64,000 nucleotides of DNA from an uncultured Candidatus Berkelbacteria bacterium (GTDB lineage Bacteria > Patescibacteriota > UBA1384 > CAILIB01): assembly GCA_903834195.1 (NCBI GenBank), contig CAILIB010000003.1, positions 5,477 to 69,476 of the forward strand, written 5' to 3'. How positions within the stretch are numbered: position 1 is the stretch's first letter; every line of letters starts with the position of its first letter. Shown here piece after piece: positions 12,391 through 21,000 of this stretch. The notes under the pieces are model-generated. The model had not been told where the DNA came from. It saw nothing but the letters and a program-made list of their open reading frames with translations, and did not search any database. A program made the translations under genes and the position numbers.

Positions 12391-12470
12391 AAAATAAAAA
12401 GACCGTTTCATTTAGTCTCCGCAACCCTATTTTTAATCCAGGGTGAGGACCAACTAAAGAAACGGTCTTA
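12391..12470 (-). terminator. Long-stem intrinsic terminator downstream of the helicase gene
   Basis: Arms aagaccgtttcatttagt (12399-12416) and actaaagaaacggtctt (12453-12469) pair over 17 bp with one bulge. On the minus strand the hairpin is followed by tttttatttt. Confidence 0.6.
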
Positions 12471-12477
12471 ATTATTT

Positions 12478-13965
12478 TTATTTACGACGGAAAGGACGAT
12501 TGTTTCGGTTACTACGAGGAGCAACGAAGCCTTTCGGAGCACTAATGCCAGTTGCAACATCTGCAGATTGACCATCTGAAGAACGTGCTGGACGAGGAGT
12601 GTTGAATGAACCAGAACCAGCTGGACGTGGCGTATTAAACGAACCTCCTGGTCGAGGAGTACGCTCAGATCGCTGTGGTTGACCACCACGATTGAACGGA
12701 CGACTTTCGCCTGAGTTAAAGTTATTCTGACGCTCACTGCGGTGGAATTGTTGACGTCCACGACGCTCGTTTGAGGAATATCCTCCTGCTAGCTCACCAA
12801 CTGAATGCTCTGAACGAGGTAAGGTGATGCGCATTAAACGCTCAATAGCGCGAACTTCTTTAGCCTGGTCAGGAGAAGCAAGTGAAATTGCGTGACCAGT
12901 TGCACCAGCACGGCCAGTACGACCAATACGGTGAATGTAATCATCAGCATTATCAGGAAGGTCATAGTTTAGAACAAGCTCGATACCTGTTACATCAATA
13001 CCGCGAGCTGCAATATCGGTAGCAACGAGGATACGTGCGCGACCAGACTTGAAAGAATCAAGTGCCTGACGACGCTGACCGAGTGAACGATCTGAGTGAA
13101 TTTCCATTGCTTGGTGACCACCAGCACGTAGAGCGCGGGTAAGGTTACTTGCACCATGACGTGTACGACTGAAAATCAGTACTGAACCTTTAAAGGTGTT
13201 AAGCAATGTCTCAAGCATGTTCTGCTTTTCAGCGCGAGAAACAATAATCAGCTCTTGTTCAATTTGAACGTTTGCAGTTCCTGCACGAGCAACCTCGATC
13301 CGGATTGGATCTTTCTGATATTTCTTAGTCATGTGCAGAATTTCATCTGGCATTGTAGCTGAGAAAAGCAATGTTTGACGATCTTTTGGAACGAAATTCA
13401 TGATTTCAGCAATCTGAGGAGCAAATCCCATATCAAGCATGCGGTCTGCTTCATCAAGAATGACGACGCGAACTGTATCAAGTTTGATAGTCCCCTGTTT
13501 CAAGTGGTCATTTAAACGACCAGGAGTTGCAACAACGATATCGATTCCCATCTGGAGACGGCGAATTTGACGACCAATGTGTTCACCACCAATTAGTACT
13601 GCAGTTTGCAGATGAAGGGGTCGTGTAATTTTTACTAAACTTTCTTCAACCTGAATTGCTAGTTCGCGGGTAGGAACAACGATTAACGCTTTTCCGCCCT
13701 GAAGCATCAGGCGTTGAACAGTTGGAACTCCAAATGCAAGAGTTTTACCTGTACCTGTTTGAGCAATACCAATAACGTCTACACCAGTTGCAACAACTGG
13801 GATAGCATCACGCTGAATTGGGGTTGGAATCTTGTACCCGTAGTAATCGAGGGTCTTTAAGATTTGTGGAGCGATACCGAGATTATTGAAGCTTTCGGTT
13901 GAAGCTGCTGGCGCGTCTGTAGAATCAGACACACCTAAAGTACGATCAGTGCTTTGGGTGGACAT
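12478..13965 (-). CDS. DEAD-box ATP-dependent RNA helicase with an R/G/P-rich C-terminal tail
   Basis: 495 aa with AQTGTGKT, PTRELA, DEAD (VILDEADRML), SAT (FSATMP) and HRIGRTGRAG. The tail carries the repeats GSFNTPRPA. Confidence 0.95.
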   Translation of the reverse strand: MSTQSTDRTLGVSDSTDAPAASTESFNNLGIAPQILKTLDYYGYKIPTPIQRDAIPVVATGVDVIGIAQTGTGKTLAFGVPTVQRLMLQGGKALIVVPTRELAIQVEESLVKITRPLHLQTAVLIGGEHIGRQIRRLQMGIDIVVATPGRLNDHLKQGTIKLDTVRVVILDEADRMLDMGFAPQIAEIMNFVPKDRQTLLFSATMPDEILHMTKKYQKDPIRIEVARAGTANVQIEQELIIVSRAEKQNMLETLLNTFKGSVLIFSRTRHGASNLTRALRAGGHQAMEIHSDRSLGQRRQALDSFKSGRARILVATDIAARGIDVTGIELVLNYDLPDNADDYIHRIGRTGRAGATGHAISLASPDQAKEVRAIERLMRITLPRSEHSVGELAGGYSSNERRGRQQFHRSERQNNFNSGESRPFNRGGQPQRSERTPRPGGSFNTPRPAGSGSFNTPRPARSSDGQSADVATGISAPKGFVAPRSNRNNRPFRRK

Positions 13966-14171
13966 ATTGTGTTAGCTGCGACCACAGGCTACTCAACAAG
14001 GAGTAATGCAGTCTATAAGTGGCTGACCCGAGTCCCGCTTGAGGTCATAATACCACTGGAGAATCAGATCATGTCGCATTTCGCGACTAAGTTTTATGGA
14101 CTGAGTTTAGTGGAATATTTACTGTTTGTCAATCAGTATACCTTCAGAGCACGAGCTGGTACGCTTAATAT

Positions 14172-14675
14172 ATGCAAAAAGAGTTTATTGACGTCGTAAA
14201 TGAGCATGACGAGGTGGTTGGAGTTGCTGAACGAGAGGAATTATATACAAACCTCCTCAAGCATCGCATTGTCCACGTTTTAATCTTTAATACAAAGGGC
14301 GAAATGGCTCTGCAAATGCGTAGTGAGCATAAATCGTTCTGCCCTCATCACTGGAGTACAGCTGTTGGAGGCCATGTTCACCAAGGAGAAACCACTGAGC
14401 AAGCTGCTGTTCGAGAGTTTCAAGAAGAAATGGGTGTAGTTGTTCCTTTTACATTCGCGTTTAAAGATTATTATAAAGACCCACATAACCCTGGCTTGTA
14501 CAAATTTATTACAACGTACACTTGTGTATATGAAGGCCCATTTGAGATAAATCCTCTTGAAGTTACCGAGGTTCGCTATTTTAAACTCAAAGAACTGCGT
14601 ACGCTCATTAAAAACGGTGGTAAATTTCACCCAGAACTTGCCTATATTTTGGAAAAACACTACAGCAAGGCTTAG
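14172..14675 (+). CDS. NUDIX hydrolase (Idi-related subfamily)
   Basis: 167 aa with the Nudix box GGHVHQGETTEQAAVREFQEEMGV. Its N-terminal half resembles the Idi-like NUDIX layout but lacks the Idi catalytic Cys. Confidence 0.8.
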   Translation: MQKEFIDVVNEHDEVVGVAEREELYTNLLKHRIVHVLIFNTKGEMALQMRSEHKSFCPHHWSTAVGGHVHQGETTEQAAVREFQEEMGVVVPFTFAFKDYYKDPHNPGLYKFITTYTCVYEGPFEINPLEVTEVRYFKLKELRTLIKNGGKFHPELAYILEKHYSKA

Positions 14676-14677
14676 TC

Positions 14678-14965
14678 ATGCCAGTCTACTCAGGAAAAAA
14701 GAAGTCGAAAGCCCATTCAACACTCATTAAAGATGCTGTACCTGTAGTACAACTCGCCCAACGACTTTCTGAAGTTAGTAAGATTTCATGTGGTGTTATT
14801 ACTCCAACTCGCTCTCGAGAGGAGACGTGGTTAAAAATTGCCCATGAAGCCGCCTGCTTACGTATTACCGTACATGGACAAGCAAGCGTTCAAATACTTC
14901 GCTTGTATTGCAAACAGCTAGATTTACTCGAGAAAGAATTGCGTAGTTCGTTTACTGTTCGCTAA
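14678..14965 (+). CDS. Small hypothetical protein
   Basis: 95-aa ORF starting 2 nt after the NUDIX stop, so likely co-transcribed. It vaguely resembles a small conserved family beginning K.HSTLI, but I cannot name it confidently. Confidence 0.5.
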   Translation: MPVYSGKKKSKAHSTLIKDAVPVVQLAQRLSEVSKISCGVITPTRSREETWLKIAHEAACLRITVHGQASVQILRLYCKQLDLLEKELRSSFTVR

Positions 14966-15013
14966 TACTCGGGTTAATTTTCCTGTATTCTGAAAGAAAT
15001 AAAATCAACTTGA

Positions 15014-16021
15014 ATGTCTACTATTCTTATTACAGGTGGTACCGGGTATATCGGAAGCCATGTCGCAAAGGAACTTATAACCGCTGGTCACAAGGTTATC
15101 CTTTTTGATACCAACGAAATGGGTCACGCCGAAGTGCTTACGTATCTTCCAGGTGCACAATTAGTAGTTGGAGATATTGCTGATTCAGATCTGATTATAA
15201 AAACAGTCAAAGAAAACAGTGTAACTGCAGTAATTCATCTTGCTGCGTACACACTAGTGGGTGAAAGTGTTGAAGACCCGGCCAAATATTACCTTAACAA
15301 CACAGCTAAAGCTGTACAATTTCTCGAAGTAATTCGCAGTACAGGAATAGACAAGCTCATTTTTTCATCAACAGCAGCAGTATATGGAGAACCTCAGTAC
15401 TCTCCAATCGATGAGCAGCACCCATTTTCCCCTACTAATCCATATGGGCAAACCAAACTCATATTTGAAAAGATACTCCAAGACTATGAACGGGCGTATG
15501 GTCTGAGATCAATTTCACTCAGGTTTTTCTGTGCGGCCGGAGCCGATCCTGATGGAGATTTAGGTGAAGATCAAACTCCAGAAACTCACCTCATTCCACT
15601 GACAATCTTTACTGCACTCGGATATCGCCCAAGTCTCACCGTGCATGGCACCGATTACCCAACACCTGATGGTACTGCAGTACGAGATTTCATTCATGTT
15701 AATGATCTTGCACGAGCGCACGTACTTGCTCTCAATGCCCTTGAAAACGGCGCCAAAAGTACTGCGTACAACCTTGGTACGGGAAAAGGTTACTCTGTGC
15801 GAGAAATAATCGAGACTACCCAAAAGATAACAAACTCTCAGTTTAAGGTAGTTGATAGTACACGCCGACCAGGAGATCCAGTGCAACTTGTTGCAAGTTC
15901 AGATCGTATCCAGCGCGAACTAGGTTGGGAGCCAAAATATAGTGACTTAGAAACTATTATCCGTACTGCATATACGTGGTTTTCAACACATCCGAAAGGG
16001 TACTCAGGAAACTCTAAGTAA
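15014..16021 (+). CDS. galE: UDP-glucose 4-epimerase
   Basis: 335 aa with the Rossmann motif ITGGTGYIGSH, the catalytic YGQTK (YxxxK), and DGTAVRDFIHV. Confidence 0.9.
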   Translation: MSTILITGGTGYIGSHVAKELITAGHKVILFDTNEMGHAEVLTYLPGAQLVVGDIADSDLIIKTVKENSVTAVIHLAAYTLVGESVEDPAKYYLNNTAKAVQFLEVIRSTGIDKLIFSSTAAVYGEPQYSPIDEQHPFSPTNPYGQTKLIFEKILQDYERAYGLRSISLRFFCAAGADPDGDLGEDQTPETHLIPLTIFTALGYRPSLTVHGTDYPTPDGTAVRDFIHVNDLARAHVLALNALENGAKSTAYNLGTGKGYSVREIIETTQKITNSQFKVVDSTRRPGDPVQLVASSDRIQRELGWEPKYSDLETIIRTAYTWFSTHPKGYSGNSK

Positions 16022-16072
16022 GGATCTGCTAAAATAGTTACGTAAGTAGACTAATATAGTCAAAAAAATCGT

Positions 16073-16663
16073 ATGAAAAAAGTACTTTTGAGTGGCGGGT
16101 TAATAGCTATATTTATTATCTATGGCCTGACACAACAAAAACCTCAGGATAATTTGGCTATTGCACAACCACTGGCTACTGATACACCCACTCCATCGCC
16201 AACCGACACACCTACTCCTACTCCGACAGATACTCCAACACCGACACCAACTGACACACCAACTCCTACACCAGTTGCAACTAGTAGTAGTACTCCGGTA
16301 GCTACGCCAAAACCAACTCCGAAACCTACACCAAAGCCAACTCCAACTCCGACCCCCACTCCAACACCTACCCCAGCCGGAAAGTATAAAACCGGCACGT
16401 ACACAGGTAGTGCTGCAGACGCATATTACGGCAATATTCAGGTCCAAATTGTTGTAACAAACGGTAAACTTTCAACGGTTAACTTTTTGCAGTATCCAAA
16501 TGACCGTTCCCGATCAATTCAGATCAATAATTATGCGATGCCCATTCTTCGCCAAGAAGCTATTTCAGCTCAGAGTGCCCAAGTGAACTCAGTTTCAGGT
16601 GCCAGTGATAGCAGCATGGCTTTTGTACAAAGCCTTTCATCAGCACTATCACAAGCACAATAA
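16073..16663 (+). CDS. Membrane-anchored/exported FMN-binding domain protein (probable ApbE flavinylation substrate)
   Basis: 196 aa. It has an N-terminal anchor MKKVLLSGGLIAIFIIYGL and a T/P-rich linker (residues about 36-101). The C-terminal FMN_bind-like domain carries the motif VSGASDS (S175-G-A-S178, nt 16595-16606). Confidence 0.8.
   Translation: MKKVLLSGGLIAIFIIYGLTQQKPQDNLAIAQPLATDTPTPSPTDTPTPTPTDTPTPTPTDTPTPTPVATSSSTPVATPKPTPKPTPKPTPTPTPTPTPTPAGKYKTGTYTGSAADAYYGNIQVQIVVTNGKLSTVNFLQYPNDRSRSIQINNYAMPILRQEAISAQSAQVNSVSGASDSSMAFVQSLSSALSQAQ
16181..16377 (+). repeat. Tandem codon-level repeats encoding DTPTPTPT / KPTP / TPTP linker
   Basis: Direct repeats gayacnccnacnccnacncc x4, then ccaaaaccaact/ccgaaacctaca and a (TP)n run. 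The antisense reading gives the spurious GVGVGV ORFs in the track. Confidence 0.9.
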
Positions 16664-16664
16664 G

Positions 16665-17411
16665 ATGAAAGAAACCCGGGACATTATGGGTATGCCAATT
16701 ACGATCGAAGTTTCTGATGGTCATGTTACCGCCAAAGATCTCGACGAAGCATTCAAATATCTTACGTACGTTGATGAAAAGTTCAGCACCTACAAATTAG
16801 ATAGTGAGATTACGAAAATTAACCAGAAACTCATTCGTCGTAGTCAGTACAGTGCAGACATGAGATTAGTTCTCGCCGCGTGTGAAAAGACAAAACAAGA
16901 AACCGACGGATACTTTAACATTGAACAAAACGGCAAAATTGATCCATCTGGGTATGTTAAGGGTTGGGCAATTCAAAACTGCGCTAATCTCCTCGGAAAA
17001 ATGGGGTTTAAAAACTACTTTGTTGATGCGGGAGGCGACATTCAAGCCGCTGGATTAAATCCAGACGGCGTTCCATGGATTGTTGGCATTCGAAATCCAC
17101 TCAACAAAACTGAAATTGTGAAAAGAATCAGCTTACATAATGCTGGAATTGCAACCTCAGGAACGTATATTCGAGGACAGCACATCTATAACCCATTTAA
17201 GCCCGAATCTACTTTTATAGAGGTACTTAGTTTAACTGTGATCGGACGATATGTTGTAGATGCTGATCGTTTTGCAACCGCTGCGTTCGCCATGGGTAAA
17301 AAGGGTGTTGCATTTATTGCCTCGCTCACAGGATACGAAGCATACTCAATTGATTCTAAAGGAATTGCCACATTCACACCCGGATTTAACTCGTACGTTA
17401 TACCATCATGA
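16665..17411 (+). CDS. apbE: FAD:protein FMN transferase (ApbE family), no signal peptide
   Basis: Likely start is the ATG at 16665 (MKETRDIMGMPITIEV...), 1 nt after the preceding stop. The track start 16599 would overlap the FMN_bind gene by 65 nt. ApbE-like blocks are MGMPITI, SEITKIN, GYVKGWA, VDAGGDI and ATSGTY. Confidence 0.8.
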   Translation: MKETRDIMGMPITIEVSDGHVTAKDLDEAFKYLTYVDEKFSTYKLDSEITKINQKLIRRSQYSADMRLVLAACEKTKQETDGYFNIEQNGKIDPSGYVKGWAIQNCANLLGKMGFKNYFVDAGGDIQAAGLNPDGVPWIVGIRNPLNKTEIVKRISLHNAGIATSGTYIRGQHIYNPFKPESTFIEVLSLTVIGRYVVDADRFATAAFAMGKKGVAFIASLTGYEAYSIDSKGIATFTPGFNSYVIPS

Positions 17412-18925
17412 TTACTTTCATCGACTACTACCTCGATCGGATTACAATGTACCGCTTTACGTTGTTCTACCTGATAGCCATTATTGGATGTGGGGTTCTT
17501 TTAGCGGGAATGGGAATGCTACCCATGTACACTGCCGATGGCATTCTTATTTCTGCGAGTATTTCGTTGATTCTGTGTCTGGCTACCAATGTGGTATTCT
17601 CACGCGTTTTTGACGCACCAACAAATCTTGAATCATCGTACATCACCGCACTTATTATTGTGTGTTTGGTGCCTCCAATCCAGAGTACACAAGATCTCCC
17701 CCTACTCGTTTGGGCAGCAATATTAGCAATTGCCAGTAAATTTATCTTGGCGATTCGAAATAAACACGTCTTCAATCCTGCAGCAATTGCTGTAGTTCTC
17801 ACAGCTGTTTGGCTCAATTTATCAGCAGCATGGTGGATTGGCACTGGCTGGATGATTCCAGTCACACTCATCGGAGGACTCTTATTGGTTCGCAAGATTC
17901 GCCGCATCGACATGATGTACGGCTTTTTCGTAGCAGCCATAATCACAATCACACTCTTCACTGCTAGTAAGGGTGGAAACATTCTCGATACTGCAAAGGA
18001 AACGTTTCTCCGATCCCCTATTCTGTTTTTCGCCTTTGTAATGCTTACCGAACCACTCACTTCTCCTCCGACACAGTTTCTTCAGGTTATTTACGGGGCA
18101 ATTGTCGGTGTTCTCTCAGCGCCCCAAATCCACTTTGCTAGCTACTACCTTACTCCAGAAATGGCATTAGTTGCCGGCAATGTTTTTTCATTTGCAGTTA
18201 GTCCAAAAATTAAAGAGAAATTAACGTTAACACGAAAAACCTTCCTGGCACCTGATGTTATGGAATTTGAATTTGCCCCTGCACGCCAACTTAAGTTTAC
18301 CCCCGGTCAATACATGGAATTTACCCTTCCACACGAACGGCCAGATACACGTGGTACGCGCAGATATCTTACTGTCGCGTCATCTCCAACTGAAGATCGT
18401 CTACTTCTCGGTGTTAAGTTCTACCATGAAGGTAGTTCATTCAAAACTCACCTTGCCGACCTTGAACTAGGAAAGTCACTGATGGGTGGCCAACTTGCGG
18501 GCGACTTCACACTGCCAAAAGATGAGACTGAAAAACTTGTCTTTATTGCAGGTGGAATTGGTATTACACCCTTCCGCAGCATGCTTAAATACCTGAGTGA
18601 CACAAATTCAAAACGCGACATTGTACTCATTTACATGAATAAAACCGTGGACGAAATTGCGTACGCTGATATTTTCAGTGATGCCGAGAAAGCAATTGGC
18701 GCTCGCATTGTGTACACGCTTACCGGCTCAGTCCCAAGTGACTGGAAAGGTAAGATTGGACGTGTTGATGCGGCATTAATACAAGACGTTGTACCTGATT
18801 TCATGAGCCGAACCTTCTATCTTTCAGGACCTCACACTATGATCACAGGTGTTGAGAATACTCTTCAAGAATTGCGTGTACCCGGTAAACAAATTAAAAA
18901 AGACTTTTTCCCTGGACTAGCATAA
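17408..18925 (+). CDS. Fusion protein: RnfD/NqrB-like polytopic membrane domain + ferredoxin-NADP reductase-like FAD/NAD(P)-binding domain
   Basis: 505 aa. The N-terminal ~265 aa are multi-TM with HVFNPAA and MLTEPLTSPPT..IYGAIVG (RnfD/NqrB hallmarks). The C-terminal part has RRYLTVASSP (RxYS-type FAD motif) and LVFIAGGIGITPFRSML (NAD(P) motif). It overlaps the apbE stop by 4 nt. Confidence 0.75.
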   Translation: MITFIDYYLDRITMYRFTLFYLIAIIGCGVLLAGMGMLPMYTADGILISASISLILCLATNVVFSRVFDAPTNLESSYITALIIVCLVPPIQSTQDLPLLVWAAILAIASKFILAIRNKHVFNPAAIAVVLTAVWLNLSAAWWIGTGWMIPVTLIGGLLLVRKIRRIDMMYGFFVAAIITITLFTASKGGNILDTAKETFLRSPILFFAFVMLTEPLTSPPTQFLQVIYGAIVGVLSAPQIHFASYYLTPEMALVAGNVFSFAVSPKIKEKLTLTRKTFLAPDVMEFEFAPARQLKFTPGQYMEFTLPHERPDTRGTRRYLTVASSPTEDRLLLGVKFYHEGSSFKTHLADLELGKSLMGGQLAGDFTLPKDETEKLVFIAGGIGITPFRSMLKYLSDTNSKRDIVLIYMNKTVDEIAYADIFSDAEKAIGARIVYTLTGSVPSDWKGKIGRVDAALIQDVVPDFMSRTFYLSGPHTMITGVENTLQELRVPGKQIKKDFFPGLA

Positions 18926-18926
18926 C

Positions 18927-19382
18927 ATGGAAACACACGGACTCATTATTGGGAAATTCCTTCCACCTCACCTTGGTCACTCGTACCTAATTTCAACTGG
19001 GCATGCCCAAGTTGATACCCTTACTGTGCTTATTTGCGAAAGCGAGACTGATCCAATTCCCGTGCGACTGCGCGAAATGTGGCTTCACCAATCTCATCCA
19101 TACATCACTACTCACATCCTTAATCAGGATGCATTTGATCGCAATGATCCACATGCCTGGATCGAGGCAACGCAAAAATTAATCATTCATAAGCCTGATT
19201 GGGTTTTCAGCTCTGAAGAATACGGTATACTCTATGCTGAGCTCCTGGGATGTTCACATATGATGGTAGATAAAGATCGGGTTACTATTCCCTGCTCAGG
19301 CAGTACAATCAGAGAAAATCCACTGCAGTACCTCGAATATTTAGAAGAACCGGTGGCTGAATACTACAGAACACAAAAATGA
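18927..19382 (+). CDS. Nicotinamide-nucleotide adenylyltransferase-like protein (NadR-type adenylyltransferase domain only)
   Basis: 151 aa with GKFLPPHLGHSYLI (GKFxPxHxGH) and a C-terminal SGSTIRENP (ISSTxxR-like). It starts 1 nt after the previous stop. Confidence 0.7.
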   Translation: METHGLIIGKFLPPHLGHSYLISTGHAQVDTLTVLICESETDPIPVRLREMWLHQSHPYITTHILNQDAFDRNDPHAWIEATQKLIIHKPDWVFSSEEYGILYAELLGCSHMMVDKDRVTIPCSGSTIRENPLQYLEYLEEPVAEYYRTQK

Positions 19383-20161
19383 GACAACGTAAGCGTTTCG
19401 ACTACTTACCTTTTAGAGTTGGAGGTCGTGAACCACAAATAAAACGTCAACCTTTTCTTTCCGATGGCAGGGTTGAGAGAGCAAATCGCAAACGTATTAC
19501 TATGGCGTATGCTATTTTTGCAGGTATCGTAGTTATATTCTTAGGAACAAAATTTATTCATCGAAAAAGTAATTCACCAACTACACAAGAGATCGCCGCC
19601 GTTAAAGTTGCTGCAGCCACTCCAACTCCCATACCTACAGCAACAGAAACAAACTTTCTCAGACAAGTTACACAGTGTTTCCTACCAATTTCCAAACTTT
19701 ATGGGTATGACCTGTATATTTCAGCAGGGTTTCGTTCATTTGACGAACAAGATCAACTCTACGAGCAAGGGAGAAGTGTTGCAGGTCACATTGTAACGAA
19801 CGCAAAAGGTGGCGATAGCATCCATAACTTTGGACTCGCAATAGATTTGGCAGATCACCGCTATGGCATAGATCTTGATTGGGATAAGCTCGAGAAAATC
19901 GGCACGTACTGTGGCTTAGAACATGGTGACCGTGGATATACTGACCTTCCCCACTTTCAGTATATTGGCCATCTTTCCATCGAGGATTTAAAGGCAGGGA
20001 AAGCCCCTGAACCCCTTACGCTTCCATGTCCAGCAATGAGTGAGGCAACTCCACTTACCATGTCTGAACTCAACGCCTGCAACGCGCCTAGTTTTAGCAA
20101 CAGCAATAGCAGTGTGCACATAGTTGCTCCTCCACTTAATCAGTACTACATCAACAACTAA
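19379..20161 (+). CDS. Membrane-anchored peptidase M15 family (LD-/DD-peptidase, endolysin-like)
   Basis: 260 aa with an ATGA overlap onto the upstream stop. It has a TM helix AYAIFAGIVVIFLG and the catalytic blocks SAGFRSFDEQDQLYEQGR, GGDSIHNFGLAIDL and DLPHFQY. Confidence 0.8.
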   Translation: MRQRKRFDYLPFRVGGREPQIKRQPFLSDGRVERANRKRITMAYAIFAGIVVIFLGTKFIHRKSNSPTTQEIAAVKVAAATPTPIPTATETNFLRQVTQCFLPISKLYGYDLYISAGFRSFDEQDQLYEQGRSVAGHIVTNAKGGDSIHNFGLAIDLADHRYGIDLDWDKLEKIGTYCGLEHGDRGYTDLPHFQYIGHLSIEDLKAGKAPEPLTLPCPAMSEATPLTMSELNACNAPSFSNSNSSVHIVAPPLNQYYINN

Positions 20162-20955
20162 CGAAGTACTGAGCGCAGGTATGGTTCTTGCATGAAGGCG
20201 TGCGAACGGCCGTACACCACGAAGATACTATTTCCTTCCTTCCAAAGTTTCTCTATTTCTTGCACAACATACTCATCGCGAAATCTACTCACAAATCGAG
20301 AAACAGTGTTCAATATGTATCCAGTTTTCACCGGATTTACCGCAGATTCCCACCACTCCTCATTTTCAGACCCAAACCCTGCAGTCTCGTAGGTTTTACA
20401 CAATTCAATGAATCTTTCCCATGTGAACTCAGCTGAATTTTTGCCGAGTATTTTAAGCACATCACTTTTAAGCGCATGTTTAATATAGATTTCTGGATCT
20501 GGATTCTCAGGTAACCTATAGCGTTGAGCAGCGTACATACACCCCCAATAAAAGAAGTACATTTCGCTGCCAAATTGTGCCGAAACTGCTGCATATTCTT
20601 CTTGTGGCGAAGGCTCAGGGCACAGTATCTTCACCTGTTCTCTTGCACTCAGTCTTTGTAGTAACCCACCTTCAGCTGCTCGTTCAATTGCCTCGATATC
20701 GGTATCAAAAACTGGGGATAAACTTCCCTCTTCTAGTGCTACACGTGCAGATTTTTCTGTAGATCGTACAAATGCCGCCCAAGTCCCACGAAGTACATCG
20801 TATTGATGATTCTCAGGATCGTGCGAATGATTTGCACCGAAATAGACTAATTTTTGCTTCCCTTTTTCTAACTGCCAAATATATGGCTCTGGTAATCGAG
20901 CTGAGTATTCATCATGAACATCGTAAGAGAGAATTTTATCAAACACTAATTTCAT
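20158..20955 (-). CDS. Hypothetical protein, possibly Tiki/TraB/erythromycin-esterase-like superfamily
   Basis: 265 aa. The tentative assignment rests only on LVYFGANHSHDP and IFVVYGRSHAF, which resemble the paired GxxH motifs of that superfamily. Confidence 0.45.
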   Translation of the reverse strand: MKLVFDKILSYDVHDEYSARLPEPYIWQLEKGKQKLVYFGANHSHDPENHQYDVLRGTWAAFVRSTEKSARVALEEGSLSPVFDTDIEAIERAAEGGLLQRLSAREQVKILCPEPSPQEEYAAVSAQFGSEMYFFYWGCMYAAQRYRLPENPDPEIYIKHALKSDVLKILGKNSAEFTWERFIELCKTYETAGFGSENEEWWESAVNPVKTGYILNTVSRFVSRFRDEYVVQEIEKLWKEGNSIFVVYGRSHAFMQEPYLRSVLR

Positions 20956-21000
20956 TTTGAAAGAATAAAGTTCTTAAATACTAGCACGCTCTGACAAACA

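Noticed and set aside
12468-12761. 97-aa minus-strand ORF overlapping the helicase tail in another frame
   Set aside because: It is an alternative frame of the repeat-rich R/G/P tail region. The helicase frame is continuous with the conserved core.
16100-16447. Track ORFs 16100-16447 and 16144-16404 (minus strand; GVGVGV... and W/R/C-rich)
   Set aside because: They are mirror readings of the Thr/Pro repeat linker of the FMN-binding gene. The sequences are low-complexity, and the sense strand carries a clear domain protein.
17467-18060. 197-aa antisense ORF inside the RnfD-like::FNR gene
   Set aside because: It lies fully within a gene that has recognisable conserved motifs on the plus strand. 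The antisense product has no motif or RBS, so it is probably a stop-poor complementary frame.
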